The notes: generated by a model from the letters alone, not told the origin. A DNA stretch of 64,000 bases from Patescibacteria group bacterium (GCA_041671225.1 JBAZBY010000001.1:366940-430939); one strand, 5' to 3'. Shown: positions 37,131 through 47,241, numbered from the stretch's first letter. Translations and numbers: made by a program.

Positions 37131-38591
37131 TCATAAATGGCGCCATCGGCTGGTACCCTGCAAAAGCCATACAGAAGCCTCGCGCCCGCCCTGGCCGCTC
37201 GCCACATAACTCTGCTCCGTGCCGGCAGCAACATCGTAGCTTCCTTTCCACCATGGCTCAAATGCGCGACGGGTTGCCACCACGTTGCCTTGAAGCGAAT
37301 AGGCCTTGAAATCCGGGCCGCCGTTGTTCGCGGGAGCAGTGAAGATTTCTGGCCCGTCGTTGGTAGAAAATTGATCTGCGACGCTCACCCGCACGCCGCC
37401 GCGGAAGCGTTCATCATATGCAAAGAACTGACTGTGTACTTTGCCGTTTATGTTGAATACCCGCACATGCGGCCCGCCGCCTGATCCTGCGCCGGTAATG
37501 ATGACCGCCGGACTCACATCGGTTGCGGCATGCGCCGCAACATCAATGCCGCCGCGGAATGTTTCTGCATATGCCAGGAATTGATTCAGGAGCGTGCCGT
37601 CAGAACGAAACACGCGCACATTCGGTGATTCATTCACCGCAGGTCCGGTGATGATCTCGGCAATGCCGTCACCGGTCATGTCCGCCGCGGCAACGCGGAC
37701 GCCGTGCCGCGAACTTTCGCCATATGCAAAGAATTGTTTGAGGACTTTTCCGGTGTTGTTGAATATCCGTACATGCGGCCCGCCGCCAGGGCCTGCGCCT
37801 GTGATGATCTCCTCCACGCCGTCTCCGTTCACGTCGCCGGTTGCCACGTCCAACCCGCCGTGGAAGCTTTCTGCATAGGCAAAGAACCAGGAACGCAGCT
37901 TTCCGCTCGCGCTATATATGCGGACATTGGGTCCTCCGCCAGGGCCGGTTGCAACCACAAGCTCCTCACCCGGACTTCCGGCATCCACATCCCCAACAGC
38001 AACGCTCGCCCCGCCCGTAAAATCGCCGTACGGAAGCAGTTCATTCACCAGCGCATCGCGCGGCACAGCTGCAGGGAGGTGGGTTGCCGCATGCAAACTA
38101 TCATAAGGATTGATCGGCGTGCCATCCGGCATGCGAATTTCAAAATGAAGATGCGGCGGCGTTGTCTCTGCATTGCCGCTATCACCAATATAGCCTAGCA
38201 TCTGTCCGGCTTTGACTTGTGCGCCGTCCATGACGCCCGGCACAAAGGCATTCCGTCCTCCGCCAAGCCCGTCGTCCGTACCCGGAGTGTCATTGTTGAT
38301 ATGGAGGTAGCGGTAACTCCACCCGTCTGCATTCTTTATCTCCACACCCCAGCCATATGATGCTTCAGGAAAGGTGGCCCACTGCACGCGACCGGAAACC
38401 GCCGCAAGAAGCGGACGCATCTTTTCCGCAAAGATATCATTGCCTTCATGGGTGCGGCCGCCGCTCCGCGGTGCGCCGAAGTCATTGCTGTAACTAACCG
38501 GGCCGAATACTGGAAAAACAATATTCCGTATTTCTGCCGCAGATGCCCTTGGAGCCATATTCGGTGCAAGCGCAATACAAAAAACCGCCAC
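37131..38591 (-). CDS. M23 peptidase fused to FG-GAP/VCBS-like repeats (start uncertain: GTG 38591 or ATG 38558)
   Basis: M23 motifs HEGNDIFA and HLHFEIR. This is followed by at least five repeats such as GDVDAGSPGEELVVATGPGGGPNVRIY. The track ORF extends a further 270 codons as an antisense GC artefact. Confidence 0.65.
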   Translation of the reverse strand: MAVFCIALAPNMAPRASAAEIRNIVFPVFGPVSYSNDFGAPRSGGRTHEGNDIFAEKMRPLLAAVSGRVQWATFPEASYGWGVEIKNADGWSYRYLHINNDTPGTDDGLGGGRNAFVPGVMDGAQVKAGQMLGYIGDSGNAETTPPHLHFEIRMPDGTPINPYDSLHAATHLPAAVPRDALVNELLPYGDFTGGASVAVGDVDAGSPGEELVVATGPGGGPNVRIYSASGKLRSWFFAYAESFHGGLDVATGDVNGDGVEEIITGAGPGGGPHVRIFNNTGKVLKQFFAYGESSRHGVRVAAADMTGDGIAEIITGPAVNESPNVRVFRSDGTLLNQFLAYAETFRGGIDVAAHAATDVSPAVIITGAGSGGGPHVRVFNINGKVHSQFFAYDERFRGGVRVSVADQFSTNDGPEIFTAPANNGGPDFKAYSLQGNVVATRRAFEPWWKGSYDVAAGTEQSYVASGQGGREASVWLLQGTSRWRHL

Positions 38592-38882
38592 GAGGATGGC
38601 AACGGTCTTTTTGTGTTGGAGGAAGATTTTTGTGATTGGTTTTATTTTTCCCGGAGCTCTTTTTCCGGTGACAAAAAAGATACGTCTTCCGTATCTCTTT
38701 GCATAAAGAGTATAGCACGTTTTGACCGAACGGGCAAGCGTAGGCTCGTTCTGAATGTATTTTGGCGCGATTGACAATATAGTAAATAATCGTATATGTT
38801 TGAGATAACACGTGCCCTGGACCGTCCCGGGCGTGTGTCTCCGGTTGGAAGGCTTGCCTTCCATAACGCAGGAGGTTCCCTC

Positions 38883-39617
38883 ATGATGAAGCAGAAGCTT
38901 CTCATGCTGGTGATGATCGCGGTCGCGCTGATCATCACCACTCCGGTGGCCATCGCTGAGATTGCTCCGCTTTCTCCGCAGATGACCATCGTCGCTACCG
39001 GCAACCAGGCCCAGGATCGGGCTCAGGTCGCCGTCGCTTCCGTCGCGCAGAACGTTCCCGTCGCGCGCATCATCGCCGTCGAGAACGTCGCTTCCGTCGA
39101 GAACACCGGCAACCAGCCCGCGATTTGGGTCCAGGTCGCCGTCGAGAACGTCGCTTCCGTCGAGAACACCATCCCGCCGAACATCGTCACCGTCGCGAAC
39201 ACTCACTACAAGAAGATCACGACGACCAACGACGTTCAGGACGTGTTCAACATCAGGACGACGACGCCGGCAATCGAGGACGATATCGGCAACACGGACG
39301 CTGATCTCTTCCGGAAGACGACGACGCAGGTCAACGTGACCAACATCGACGACACCGGCGGCGGCATCGCCACCAACACGAAGATGGACGAACGCTCGGG
39401 CCAGAAGATCGACGCGAACAACATGGGCGAAGGCCTCGCCACCAATACCATCAACACGACGAACGGTATGGACGAGGCGGCCTACAACACCAGCGAGAAC
39501 ACCGGCGGCCTGAAGACGGGCTACGGCGGGAACCACCACAAGGCGGTGACGCTGAAGTTGCCTCTCCTCTCGTCGGCGCCGACGGCCACCTGGACGACGA
39601 CCCAGCTCAACGACTAG
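38883..39617 (+). CDS. Secreted repetitive T/N-rich protein
   Basis: GGAGG RBS. Signal peptide MMKQKLLMLVMIAVALIITTPVAIAE. Internal repeats VENVASVENT. Confidence 0.65.
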   Translation: MMKQKLLMLVMIAVALIITTPVAIAEIAPLSPQMTIVATGNQAQDRAQVAVASVAQNVPVARIIAVENVASVENTGNQPAIWVQVAVENVASVENTIPPNIVTVANTHYKKITTTNDVQDVFNIRTTTPAIEDDIGNTDADLFRKTTTQVNVTNIDDTGGGIATNTKMDERSGQKIDANNMGEGLATNTINTTNGMDEAAYNTSENTGGLKTGYGGNHHKAVTLKLPLLSSAPTATWTTTQLND

Positions 39618-39777
39618 AGAGCGGAACGTCCCCGGGCCGGCCTGCCTTTCTCAGCATCCTGCATGCACCTTCGAGTTTTGACATCAGCCCGGGCCTCCTT
39701 CTTAGGGGACCCGGGCGCTGCATTGATGATGCTTTACGAAAATGCATGCGCATGGTACATTCACCCCCGCTTTTCTT

Positions 39778-39853
39778 CGGGGATTAGCGCAGCTGGTAGC
39801 GCGCCTGGTTTGGGACCAGGAGGTCGCCGGTTCAAATCCGGCATCCCCGACCA
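39778..39853 (+). tRNA. tRNA-Pro (anticodon TGG)
   Basis: Acceptor CGGGGAT/ATCCCCG. Anticodon loop TTTGGGA and an encoded CCA end. Confidence 0.85.
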
Positions 39854-39889
39854 AGTCGTCATTGTGCGCGGGCACTGGCATTGCATGCT

Positions 39890-40870
39890 ATGACATCAAC
39901 CTTTCTCATTCTCATTCTGTTGATCGCGCTGTCTGCTTTTTTCTCAGGTGCTGAAGTCGCGTTGCTTTCCACCTCAAACGTGAAGGTGCAGACGTTTCTT
40001 GCGGAACATCGCCGCGGTGCGGGTGCGCTTGCCCGGCTCCAGAAACGGCCACGCAGAATGCTCATCACCATTCTTATCGGGAATAATGTTGCGAATCTTT
40101 CCGCGGCTTCTATGGCAACGGTCATTGCCACAGAGCGGCTTGGTTCCACGTCGCTCGGTCTTGTCACCGGAATGCTCACGCTGGTGATATTGGTATTCGG
40201 CGAAATAACGCCAAAAACCATTTCTGCCCAGTTTTCCGGACGCATTGCCCTGCTGGTTGCGCAACCGGTACTTTTGCTTGAGTATGCACTGTATCCGTTG
40301 GTGCTTATTTTTGGATGGTTTGCCGATCTTCTGAAGAGTCTTATCCATGTGCGGGATCATGATGCCATTTCTGAGGCGGAGATACGCTCCATGTTGCAGT
40401 ATGGTGTTGAGAACCAGGTGATTACACCGGCAGAGCAGGCAATTATGAACCGCGCTGTGCGCTTTGCCGATACGCATGTCAGTACGGTGATGACAAAGCT
40501 CAATGATGTCGTTGCGTTGGAGGCATCGGTGGCTGTTGAGGAGGCGATCCCGCTTATTCTTACATCAGGACATTCCCGCATTCCGGTATATCATCAGCGC
40601 AAGAATCTTATGACCGGCGTCGTGCTGCTCAAGGAGCTTGTTGAGGTACCGCAAGGGGATCAGCGGAAGCCCCTGTCTGCCTTTTCCCATGAGCCGATTA
40701 TTGTGCAGGAGGAAGCCGGCATTGATACGCTCATGCGGGTGTTCCAGAAAGCAAAAAAGCATCTTGCGTTGGTGCGTGATGCGCGCGGGCGTTTTGTTGG
40801 TCTTGTGACGCTGGAAGATCTGCTTGAGGAGTTGGTAGGAGAGATCGTTGACGAAACGGATCGCCTTTAG
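39890..40870 (+). CDS. CNNM/CorC-HlyC family protein (DUF21 + CBS pair)
   Basis: N-terminal 4-TM DUF21 with GEITPKT, then a CBS pair and the C-terminus LTLEDLLEELVGEI. Confidence 0.8.
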   Translation: MTSTFLILILLIALSAFFSGAEVALLSTSNVKVQTFLAEHRRGAGALARLQKRPRRMLITILIGNNVANLSAASMATVIATERLGSTSLGLVTGMLTLVILVFGEITPKTISAQFSGRIALLVAQPVLLLEYALYPLVLIFGWFADLLKSLIHVRDHDAISEAEIRSMLQYGVENQVITPAEQAIMNRAVRFADTHVSTVMTKLNDVVALEASVAVEEAIPLILTSGHSRIPVYHQRKNLMTGVVLLKELVEVPQGDQRKPLSAFSHEPIIVQEEAGIDTLMRVFQKAKKHLALVRDARGRFVGLVTLEDLLEELVGEIVDETDRL

Positions 40871-41187
40871 ATCGAAGAACCCACGATAAAACCCATGATC
40901 GTTGCGACGATCGCAATGCCAAAGGCCCACCATGCAAGCTCGGTGCGGCGTACAGCGGCGTTGGTTCTGATACGCGCTTCCACATTGCGGAGGAAGGCGA
41001 GTTTTTCCGTGAGCGTCCAGTTGTTCTTGAGGCCTTTTTCTTTCATCCAGTTTTCCAGTTCATGCATTTCTTGAAGCGTGCTACGAAAGTGACGGTGTAG
41101 ATGCGGCTCGTTCTTTTCGTTTTCAAGATCCTCCACGAGACTGAAACGAGATTCACCGATGCTCTTTTTCTTTCTTTTTTTTGCCAT
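40867..41187 (-). CDS. Hypothetical C-tail-anchored protein
   Basis: 106 aa with a basic N-terminus and a C-terminal TM segment. Confidence 0.4.
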   Translation of the reverse strand: MAKKRKKKSIGESRFSLVEDLENEKNEPHLHRHFRSTLQEMHELENWMKEKGLKNNWTLTEKLAFLRNVEARIRTNAAVRRTELAWWAFGIAIVATIMGFIVGSSI

Positions 41188-41268
41188 AAAGGTAGTATAG
41201 CATACTCAACGTAGCGGATCAGGCGACGGAGATAGGAGTGGGAAAAAATATGCTACACTAGGACTACT

Positions 41269-43017
41269 ATGAAAAAGGGATTCAGCGTCAGTTTTTTTCT
41301 CAGCACACTCCTTTTTGCAGCGGGTTTTGCGCTGCCGGCATCGGCTGAGGTTATTCATTCATTTGTTTCGGAAGTTGTTGTTGGCGAGGATGGCACGCTG
41401 ACGGTTACTGAGACTATCAGCTATGATTTTGAGGATATAGAGCGGCACGGCATTTATCGGGATATTCCCTATCAATATGAACGGAATGGTTTTAAATATA
41501 ACTCCCGCATTGATGTGCAGGAGGTGTTTGCGAGTGGCACAAACGTACCCTATGAGGTGAGCAGAAGTGGCGGGGATGTTTCTGTACAAATTGGCGATGC
41601 GAACATTCTTATTTCTGGTGAGCAGGAGTATACGATTATCTACACCGTAGGGCGAGCGATGAACTGGTTTGATGGAGAACCCGAGGTGTATTGGAACGTG
41701 ACGGGGGATGGATGGGATGTGTCGATCGAATATGCGCGCGTGACAGTATCAGGCGTTGCGGCGTATGACACAGAACGAGGCGATTGCTTTACTGGTTCTT
41801 TTGGTTCACAGGAACAGGCGTGCAGTCTGCAGACGGATGATGAAGGTACCGCGCTCACCGCATTCACCACAGAAGAGCTATATCCTTATGAAGGCCTGAC
41901 CGTGGTCGCACGACTTCCTGCCGGGAGTATTGCCGAGCCAACTGCACTGGAACGCACCGTAGACTTTTTGCGTGATAACTGGGGGTTTGCACTTCCCATT
42001 TTTACTTTTTTTATTCTCTGGTTTCTCTATCAGCGTTTTGGTAAGGATCCAAAAGGGCGGGGAACCATTATTGCGCAGTATGGTCCACCAGAAGGCATGA
42101 GTCCCACCATGCTCGGGTATCTTGTGGATGAATCAATTGACCCGCGTGATATTTCTGCGGGCATCATTGGCTTGGCAGTGAAGGGGTATATCAAGATTCA
42201 TTATGTGAAGAAGAAACGTCTTTTGAAAGACAGCCACACGTATGAACTTGAGCAGCTGAAAAAGCCAGGCAAGGAGCTTACCACTTTTGAAAATGAGTTA
42301 CAAACAATCCTCTTTGCGGGAAGAAATGATAGAGTGAAGCTTGATGATCTCAAGAAAACCTTCCCACTGCGCCTGAAGAGTCTTCACAAAACACTGCACA
42401 ATGAGGCTGAGACATACAACTATTTTGGGAACAATCCTCGGGTCATAAAGAGCCTTTATTATAGTCTGGGTGTTGGACTCGCATTTGTATCATTCTATCT
42501 TATCGGGGGTAATATTGGGCTGTTTATCGGTTTCTTACTTTCTGGCGGCTTCATACTTGCCTTTGCCAACGCTATGCCACGCAAGACAGAGAAGGGCGTA
42601 TTAGCCCGAGAACACATTCTTGGGTTCAAGGATTTTCTTACCGTCACCGAGAAAGACAGATTGAAGTTTCATAACGCGCCCGCCGCTCTTCGGCGAGGCT
42701 CGCCCGCTGGTCGGCCAGAGGTGAAGCCGGAACAGTTCATGGAATTTTTGCCGTATGCAATGGCGCTCTCCATTGAAAAGGAATGGGCAGAGCAGTTCCG
42801 TGGCCTTACCGTTGAACAGCCGAATTGGTATGACGGGCAGGATTGGTCCACATTTAATACGATTGTGTTTGTTTCCGCGATGAGTGATTTTGATACCACA
42901 GCAAAGAGCCAAGCCTTTACCGCGCCCAATAGCGGCGGGGGAGGAGGATCATCCGGGTTCGGCGGTGGGGGATTCTCCGGTGGAGGGTTCGGCGGCGGAG
43001 GCGGCGGAAGTTGGTAG
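41269..43017 (+). CDS. DUF2207-type membrane protein with a Gly-rich C-terminal tail
   Basis: Signal peptide, an extracellular domain, TM segments and the C-terminus SGGGGGSSGFGGGGFSGGGFGGGGGGSW. Confidence 0.7.
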   Translation: MKKGFSVSFFLSTLLFAAGFALPASAEVIHSFVSEVVVGEDGTLTVTETISYDFEDIERHGIYRDIPYQYERNGFKYNSRIDVQEVFASGTNVPYEVSRSGGDVSVQIGDANILISGEQEYTIIYTVGRAMNWFDGEPEVYWNVTGDGWDVSIEYARVTVSGVAAYDTERGDCFTGSFGSQEQACSLQTDDEGTALTAFTTEELYPYEGLTVVARLPAGSIAEPTALERTVDFLRDNWGFALPIFTFFILWFLYQRFGKDPKGRGTIIAQYGPPEGMSPTMLGYLVDESIDPRDISAGIIGLAVKGYIKIHYVKKKRLLKDSHTYELEQLKKPGKELTTFENELQTILFAGRNDRVKLDDLKKTFPLRLKSLHKTLHNEAETYNYFGNNPRVIKSLYYSLGVGLAFVSFYLIGGNIGLFIGFLLSGGFILAFANAMPRKTEKGVLAREHILGFKDFLTVTEKDRLKFHNAPAALRRGSPAGRPEVKPEQFMEFLPYAMALSIEKEWAEQFRGLTVEQPNWYDGQDWSTFNTIVFVSAMSDFDTTAKSQAFTAPNSGGGGGSSGFGGGGFSGGGFGGGGGGSW

Positions 43018-43068
43018 AAGAAAGGTTGTAGATGGTAGGGAGTAGGTTATAGTTTGAAGGAAGAATTT

Positions 43069-44088
43069 ATGAAGGCAGTTTATTTTGAAAAACCCGGCGG
43101 ACGTGAAGTGCTTCAGTATGGGGAATTCCCAACACCAAAACCGCAAAGCGGCGAAGCATTGCTACGAGTGAAGGCATGCGGATTGAATCATTTAGATGTT
43201 TGGGTACGACAGGGAATACCGAACATGAAATTGCCACATATTCTTGGTTCCGATGTTTCCGGGCTTGTGGAAGAGATTCATGGCGAAAGTGTATTGAGGG
43301 TAGGAGATGAAGTTGTTATTAATCCGGAACGCGCATGTGGAGAATGTGAGCGATGTATAAAAGGAAGAGCATGTGAGATGGTGATTACGCTCGGGAGGGG
43401 GCCCAATGGCGGGTATGCGGAATATGTTGCGGTACCGTTGGAACAAGTCTACCCAAAACCAAAAAAACTCTCATTTATTGAAGCCGCGGCATTTCCACTG
43501 ACCTTTTTAACAGCGTGGCATGCGCTTGCAACCAGGGCAAAACTTGAAAAAGGCGAGACGATCTTTATTTGGGGAGCGTCTGGAAGTATTGGCCCCGCGC
43601 TTGTTCAAATTGCAAAAATATTGGGGGCAAAAGTTATTGCCGCAGTTCGATCCAAAGAAGTCGTTGATGTCGTGAAGAGTTGGGGCGCTGATGAGTGCGT
43701 TGTCTACACCAAGGAAGACGTTCTTGAGCGTGTAAAAGAACTCACAGACGGGAAGGGCGTTGAGGTTGTCTTTGAGAGTGTTGGAGAAAAGACGTTCAAC
43801 CTGAGCCTTGCAATGCTGAAACCGTATGGTCGGGTTGTTGTGATCGGCGCGACGAGTGGCGAAAAGGCTTCTTTCAACTTGTCTGATTTCTACCCGGAGC
43901 AATTTTCGATTATTGGATCGCGCATGGGGACAAAAGAGGAATTCGAAAAAGTTCTTGCGATGATTGAAGAGGGAAAGCTGAAGCCCATTATTGATGCAAC
44001 ATTCCCACTTAAAGATGCTGCCGAGGCGCAGAAGAGAATGGAAGAAGGGGAACACATTGGGAAGATTGTTCTCGAGGTTTCTGGGTAA
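43069..44088 (+). CDS. Zn-dependent MDR-family oxidoreductase (quinone oxidoreductase / alcohol dehydrogenase-like)
   Basis: MKAVYFEKPGG...LRVKACGLNHLDVWVRQG, and the Rossmann motif GASGSIGPALVQIA. Confidence 0.85.
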   Translation: MKAVYFEKPGGREVLQYGEFPTPKPQSGEALLRVKACGLNHLDVWVRQGIPNMKLPHILGSDVSGLVEEIHGESVLRVGDEVVINPERACGECERCIKGRACEMVITLGRGPNGGYAEYVAVPLEQVYPKPKKLSFIEAAAFPLTFLTAWHALATRAKLEKGETIFIWGASGSIGPALVQIAKILGAKVIAAVRSKEVVDVVKSWGADECVVYTKEDVLERVKELTDGKGVEVVFESVGEKTFNLSLAMLKPYGRVVVIGATSGEKASFNLSDFYPEQFSIIGSRMGTKEEFEKVLAMIEEGKLKPIIDATFPLKDAAEAQKRMEEGEHIGKIVLEVSG

Positions 44089-44096
44089 AAACTTTT

Positions 44097-45028
44097 TTGT
44101 GGGATTATCAAAACATACCCCATACCGCAATGATGACTGGTTTGCAATTGGCATTGCATTATTTCATGCGGCATTTACCGGAGCGTATGCCGTTCTTGTA
44201 AACCGAGGGACACAGAATATTCCGCCGTTGCACTTTGCGGCGCTTACCGCCCTTGTGGCTGCGGTGACCATGGCCTTTTTTGTGGTAGCACAAAGGGCTT
44301 TTGCGGATTTTCGCGAGCGTCGTGCGCTGAAGCCGGTCTCGATGGTAACTCTTTTTATTATTATTATTCCCTTCGTCCTGTTTTTTCTTGGTGCGCAGCG
44401 GACCTCCGGGCTCAACACATCAATGCTCCTGTTGGCAGAGGTTCCGTTCACGCTTGTTTTTACGCACTTTATTGGTGAGCGGACAGATCGATTCAAGATC
44501 GCCGGAGGCGTGGGTATTTTTCTTGGAGCCCTTTTTGTTTTATATAATGGAACCCTTCAATTCAATTGGGGAGATCTTCTGATCATCCTTTCTACGGCAT
44601 GTTATCCGATAGGAAATCTTTTTACGAGGAAGGCTTTGCATCTTCTTCGCCCGGCATCATTGCTTTTCCTGCGCTCGCTCGCCGGCGGGGTGTTCTTATT
44701 TGCCTCTGCCCGAATCGTTGAACCTGACGCGCAACCTTTGATGCTCCTTCGTGACTATTGGCCGTATTTTCTCTTTACCGGCGTTGCCATGATGGGGGTG
44801 GTGAAACTGCTGTGGCATATTTCCTTTCAGCGCATGGACATCTCAAAGGCAATTTCATTGGTCCACACGTTTCCGTTGTTCAGTCTTGTCCTATTGCTCG
44901 CCATCTTCCACGAGTCCATTTCTCTCTACCAGTGGATTGGCATCGGCATGATGCTTGTTGGCGTTTTTTTCACGCTCCGCCGCCCGTCCGTAAATATCAA
45001 TGCAACAAAGTACGCGGCAGAATCCTAA
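44097..45028 (+). CDS. EamA/DMT-family transporter (start uncertain, GTG)
   Basis: Ten predicted TM helices in two EamA-like halves. There is no in-frame ATG after the upstream stop. Confidence 0.6.
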
Positions 45029-45145
45029 TCAGAACCTGCATATTCATGACCTTCTTGCATTTCTTGCCCGCTTCTGGCAAACTCTGTGGGCTCTTTTGTT
45101 GATGGCCATAGGGGTCATCAGACGTCCGACAAGGAGGTTCTTCCC

Positions 45146-45670
45146 ATGTCCTGGCGCTGGAGACTCGCTCTCGCTTTTCTTCTTGCCGCGATCGCTGTGG
45201 CATTCGGTATTGCCACGCTTGCCCATGCCGCCACTGTCACCACAACGGCCGAGCAGCTTTCGGAACTCAGGAAGCGCGTTCCGGTTACGAAGTGGGAGAG
45301 GGTTGGGATCATCATCCAGTACGGTGAAAACGAGTACGGGGTCTGGGAGCCCTTCTTGGGGCCCAGCGGCGTACTCATCCTCAAGCGTCAAGGCGGTGAG
45401 TGGTTCACCGCAACCGAACGCGACGCGGAGTTCACCACGTTCATATCCCGGATCGATCGCATCTTCTCCGCCGGCCTGCTGCTTGGCGTGCCGGATCATA
45501 TGTATGCCACGCAGCACTGGTGTGGCAGGGGAGATCAAGACCGCATCCTGCGCAACAAGCAGCGGTTCCCGATTTTCTTCGCCAATCTCCGCGGAGAGTT
45601 CAACATCACTGCGGTGCAGGTGGAACTCCCGGACGGAACCAAGCTCGGCCCGCCGTTTCTGGTGGAGTAA
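45146..45670 (+). CDS. Secreted hypothetical protein (GC-rich)
   Basis: GGAGG RBS. Signal peptide MSWRWRLALAFLLAAIAVAFGIATLAHA. Confidence 0.55.
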   Translation: MSWRWRLALAFLLAAIAVAFGIATLAHAATVTTTAEQLSELRKRVPVTKWERVGIIIQYGENEYGVWEPFLGPSGVLILKRQGGEWFTATERDAEFTTFISRIDRIFSAGLLLGVPDHMYATQHWCGRGDQDRILRNKQRFPIFFANLRGEFNITAVQVELPDGTKLGPPFLVE

Positions 45671-45696
45671 TCCGTCCTTTCGCCGCCGTTCGCTTC

Positions 45697-45730
45697 GAGC
45701 TCCGGGCATTCCCTGGAGCTCGCTTTTTTA
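45697..45730 (+). terminator. Rho-independent terminator
   Basis: Stem gagctcc/ggagctc followed by gctttttt. Confidence 0.7.
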
Positions 45731-45775
45731 CGCGAACCGTGGGCGCTTTGCGCTGAGCGGCTCCGATTGTCGGCC

Positions 45776-45849
45776 TGGAGCGGGCAGCGGGAGTCGAACC
45801 CGCGTCATCAGCTTGGAAAGCTGAGGTAATACCGTTATACCATGCCCGC
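45776..45849 (-). tRNA. tRNA-Gly (anticodon TCC)
   Basis: Reverse complement GCGGGCATGG...TTTCCAA...TTCGACTCCCGCTGCCCGCTCCA. Confidence 0.85.
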
Positions 45850-46132
45850 CTATTGGGCGAGGCTCGCCAGAGGCGGCCCGCGTATGAAAAGCGGTGTCTA
45901 TACTACGTGGTTTTTGCCTGAATGACAAGCCCACAACAAGAACACCCCCATGCCTACATGAGAGTGCTCTTGGAAAAAGGGTAAATGTTTTTCTACTGAG
46001 TAATCGAAAAGATTACTACAGCACGTAGTAGTTTAGCACATGTAAAAACAGTGTCAAGTCACAATCTGCATACTTTGTATGACACGAGGACTTGACTCCA
46101 GACTCTCGATCTGATACTCTCCTCATCGCAAA

Positions 46133-46158
46133 GAGCCCATGCAGATGCATGGTTTTTT
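46133..46158 (+). terminator. Orphan plus-strand terminator with no CDS upstream; candidate sRNA 3' end
   Basis: Hairpin cccatgca-ga-tgcatgg followed by ttttttg. The preceding ~180 nt are highly structured, and a TTGACT-N17-TACTCT promoter lies at 46092-46126. Confidence 0.4.
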
Positions 46159-46250
46159 GTTGCCTGAAATTCAAAAAGGGGGGCAGGTCGTCCGGTTTTG
46201 CCGAGACGAACCTCGCCCGTAAGGGCGGGTGCTAAGCATTATGCCTATGT

Positions 46251-46769
46251 ATGAAACGACTCCCACGGAAGATCCGTCGGAAACTCCAGAAGTTACCGTT
46301 TGCTCACGCCATCGCGCTCATTACCATCGTGAATATCATCATTCCACAGCATACAGCGATCGCTGCGGAAAGCGTTGATGTGTTACCGCAGATTCCTTCA
46401 GTGGTTATGCGGCAAGCGTTGACCCAAGCGCGTCTCGATTTGGGCACACTGCCCCAGATGGCTGATGTCCCCGTGAAGCGCACGATGCGTCTCACAGTAA
46501 CCGCGTATTCTTCAACAGTTGATCAAACAGATGGAGATCCATTTACTGCCGCATCGGGTGCACGCGTTTTTGACGGTATGCTTGCGCACAACACACTCCC
46601 ATTTGGGACAAAGGTGCGTATTCCGGAATATTTTGGTGATAAAGTTTTTATTGTCCTTGATCGACTCAATCCGCGGTATGGCCAATACATGGCCGATATC
46701 TGGATGGAAACACGTGAACAGGCAAAACAGTGGGGTGCGAGAATCGTTACCATAGAGATTCTCGACTAA
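46251..46769 (+). CDS. 3D-domain (MltA/YuiC-like) cell-wall hydrolase
   Basis: TAYSSTVDQTDGDPFTAASGARV...GTKVRIPEYFGDKVFIVLDR is a 3D-domain signature. N-terminal signal/anchor sequence. Confidence 0.75.
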   Translation: MKRLPRKIRRKLQKLPFAHAIALITIVNIIIPQHTAIAAESVDVLPQIPSVVMRQALTQARLDLGTLPQMADVPVKRTMRLTVTAYSSTVDQTDGDPFTAASGARVFDGMLAHNTLPFGTKVRIPEYFGDKVFIVLDRLNPRYGQYMADIWMETREQAKQWGARIVTIEILD

Positions 46770-46856
46770 CCTCTATCCAAAAAACCGTTGCTTTCACAGC
46801 ACGCGGTTTTTTTGGTATACTGTCGTTATCTTTTATCTTTTATTTTGAGGGGGATT

Positions 46857-47105
46857 ATGAAAAAAGCGCGAACGTTATTTATCGCGTTTGTCCTTTCCGG
46901 GGTGCTTCTTCTTCCGCTCGGCGTTCGTGCGCAGGATGCGGAAGAGACCGTTGAAGTCACTGCAACACAATCACAGACGGTTGGTGTTGTTGAATACGAC
47001 AATGCATCCGCAAAGGCAGACCTCGCATTGATTCTTGCTCTTGCCGCTATTGCACTACTCGGAGTCTATGCACTCTGGGATCGTGAGCACGGCGTGCGGA
47101 AATAA
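46857..47105 (+). CDS. Small secreted, C-terminally anchored protein
   Basis: MKKARTLFIAFVLSGVLLLPLGVRAQDAEE... with a C-terminal TM helix. A TGGTATACT -10 lies upstream. Confidence 0.5.
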   Translation: MKKARTLFIAFVLSGVLLLPLGVRAQDAEETVEVTATQSQTVGVVEYDNASAKADLALILALAAIALLGVYALWDREHGVRK

Positions 47106-47241
47106 TATATTTTTATACAAGGCTCTGTTGTGAAGACAGGGTCTTTTGTATGTAGAAGAATCTGTATTATATGATCAGCTGAAATGACACTCTCGGATTG
47201 ATGGGCTCGCCGAGTTTTTCTGACCGTGTTTGCTATTCTGC

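Noticed and set aside
38640-39539. N-terminal 270 aa of the 802-aa minus-strand ORF (D/G/R/V-rich)
   Set aside because: It is antisense to a well-supported plus-strand secreted-protein gene that has an RBS and a signal peptide. It is a low-complexity GC-frame artefact. The M23 gene is truncated to start near 38591.
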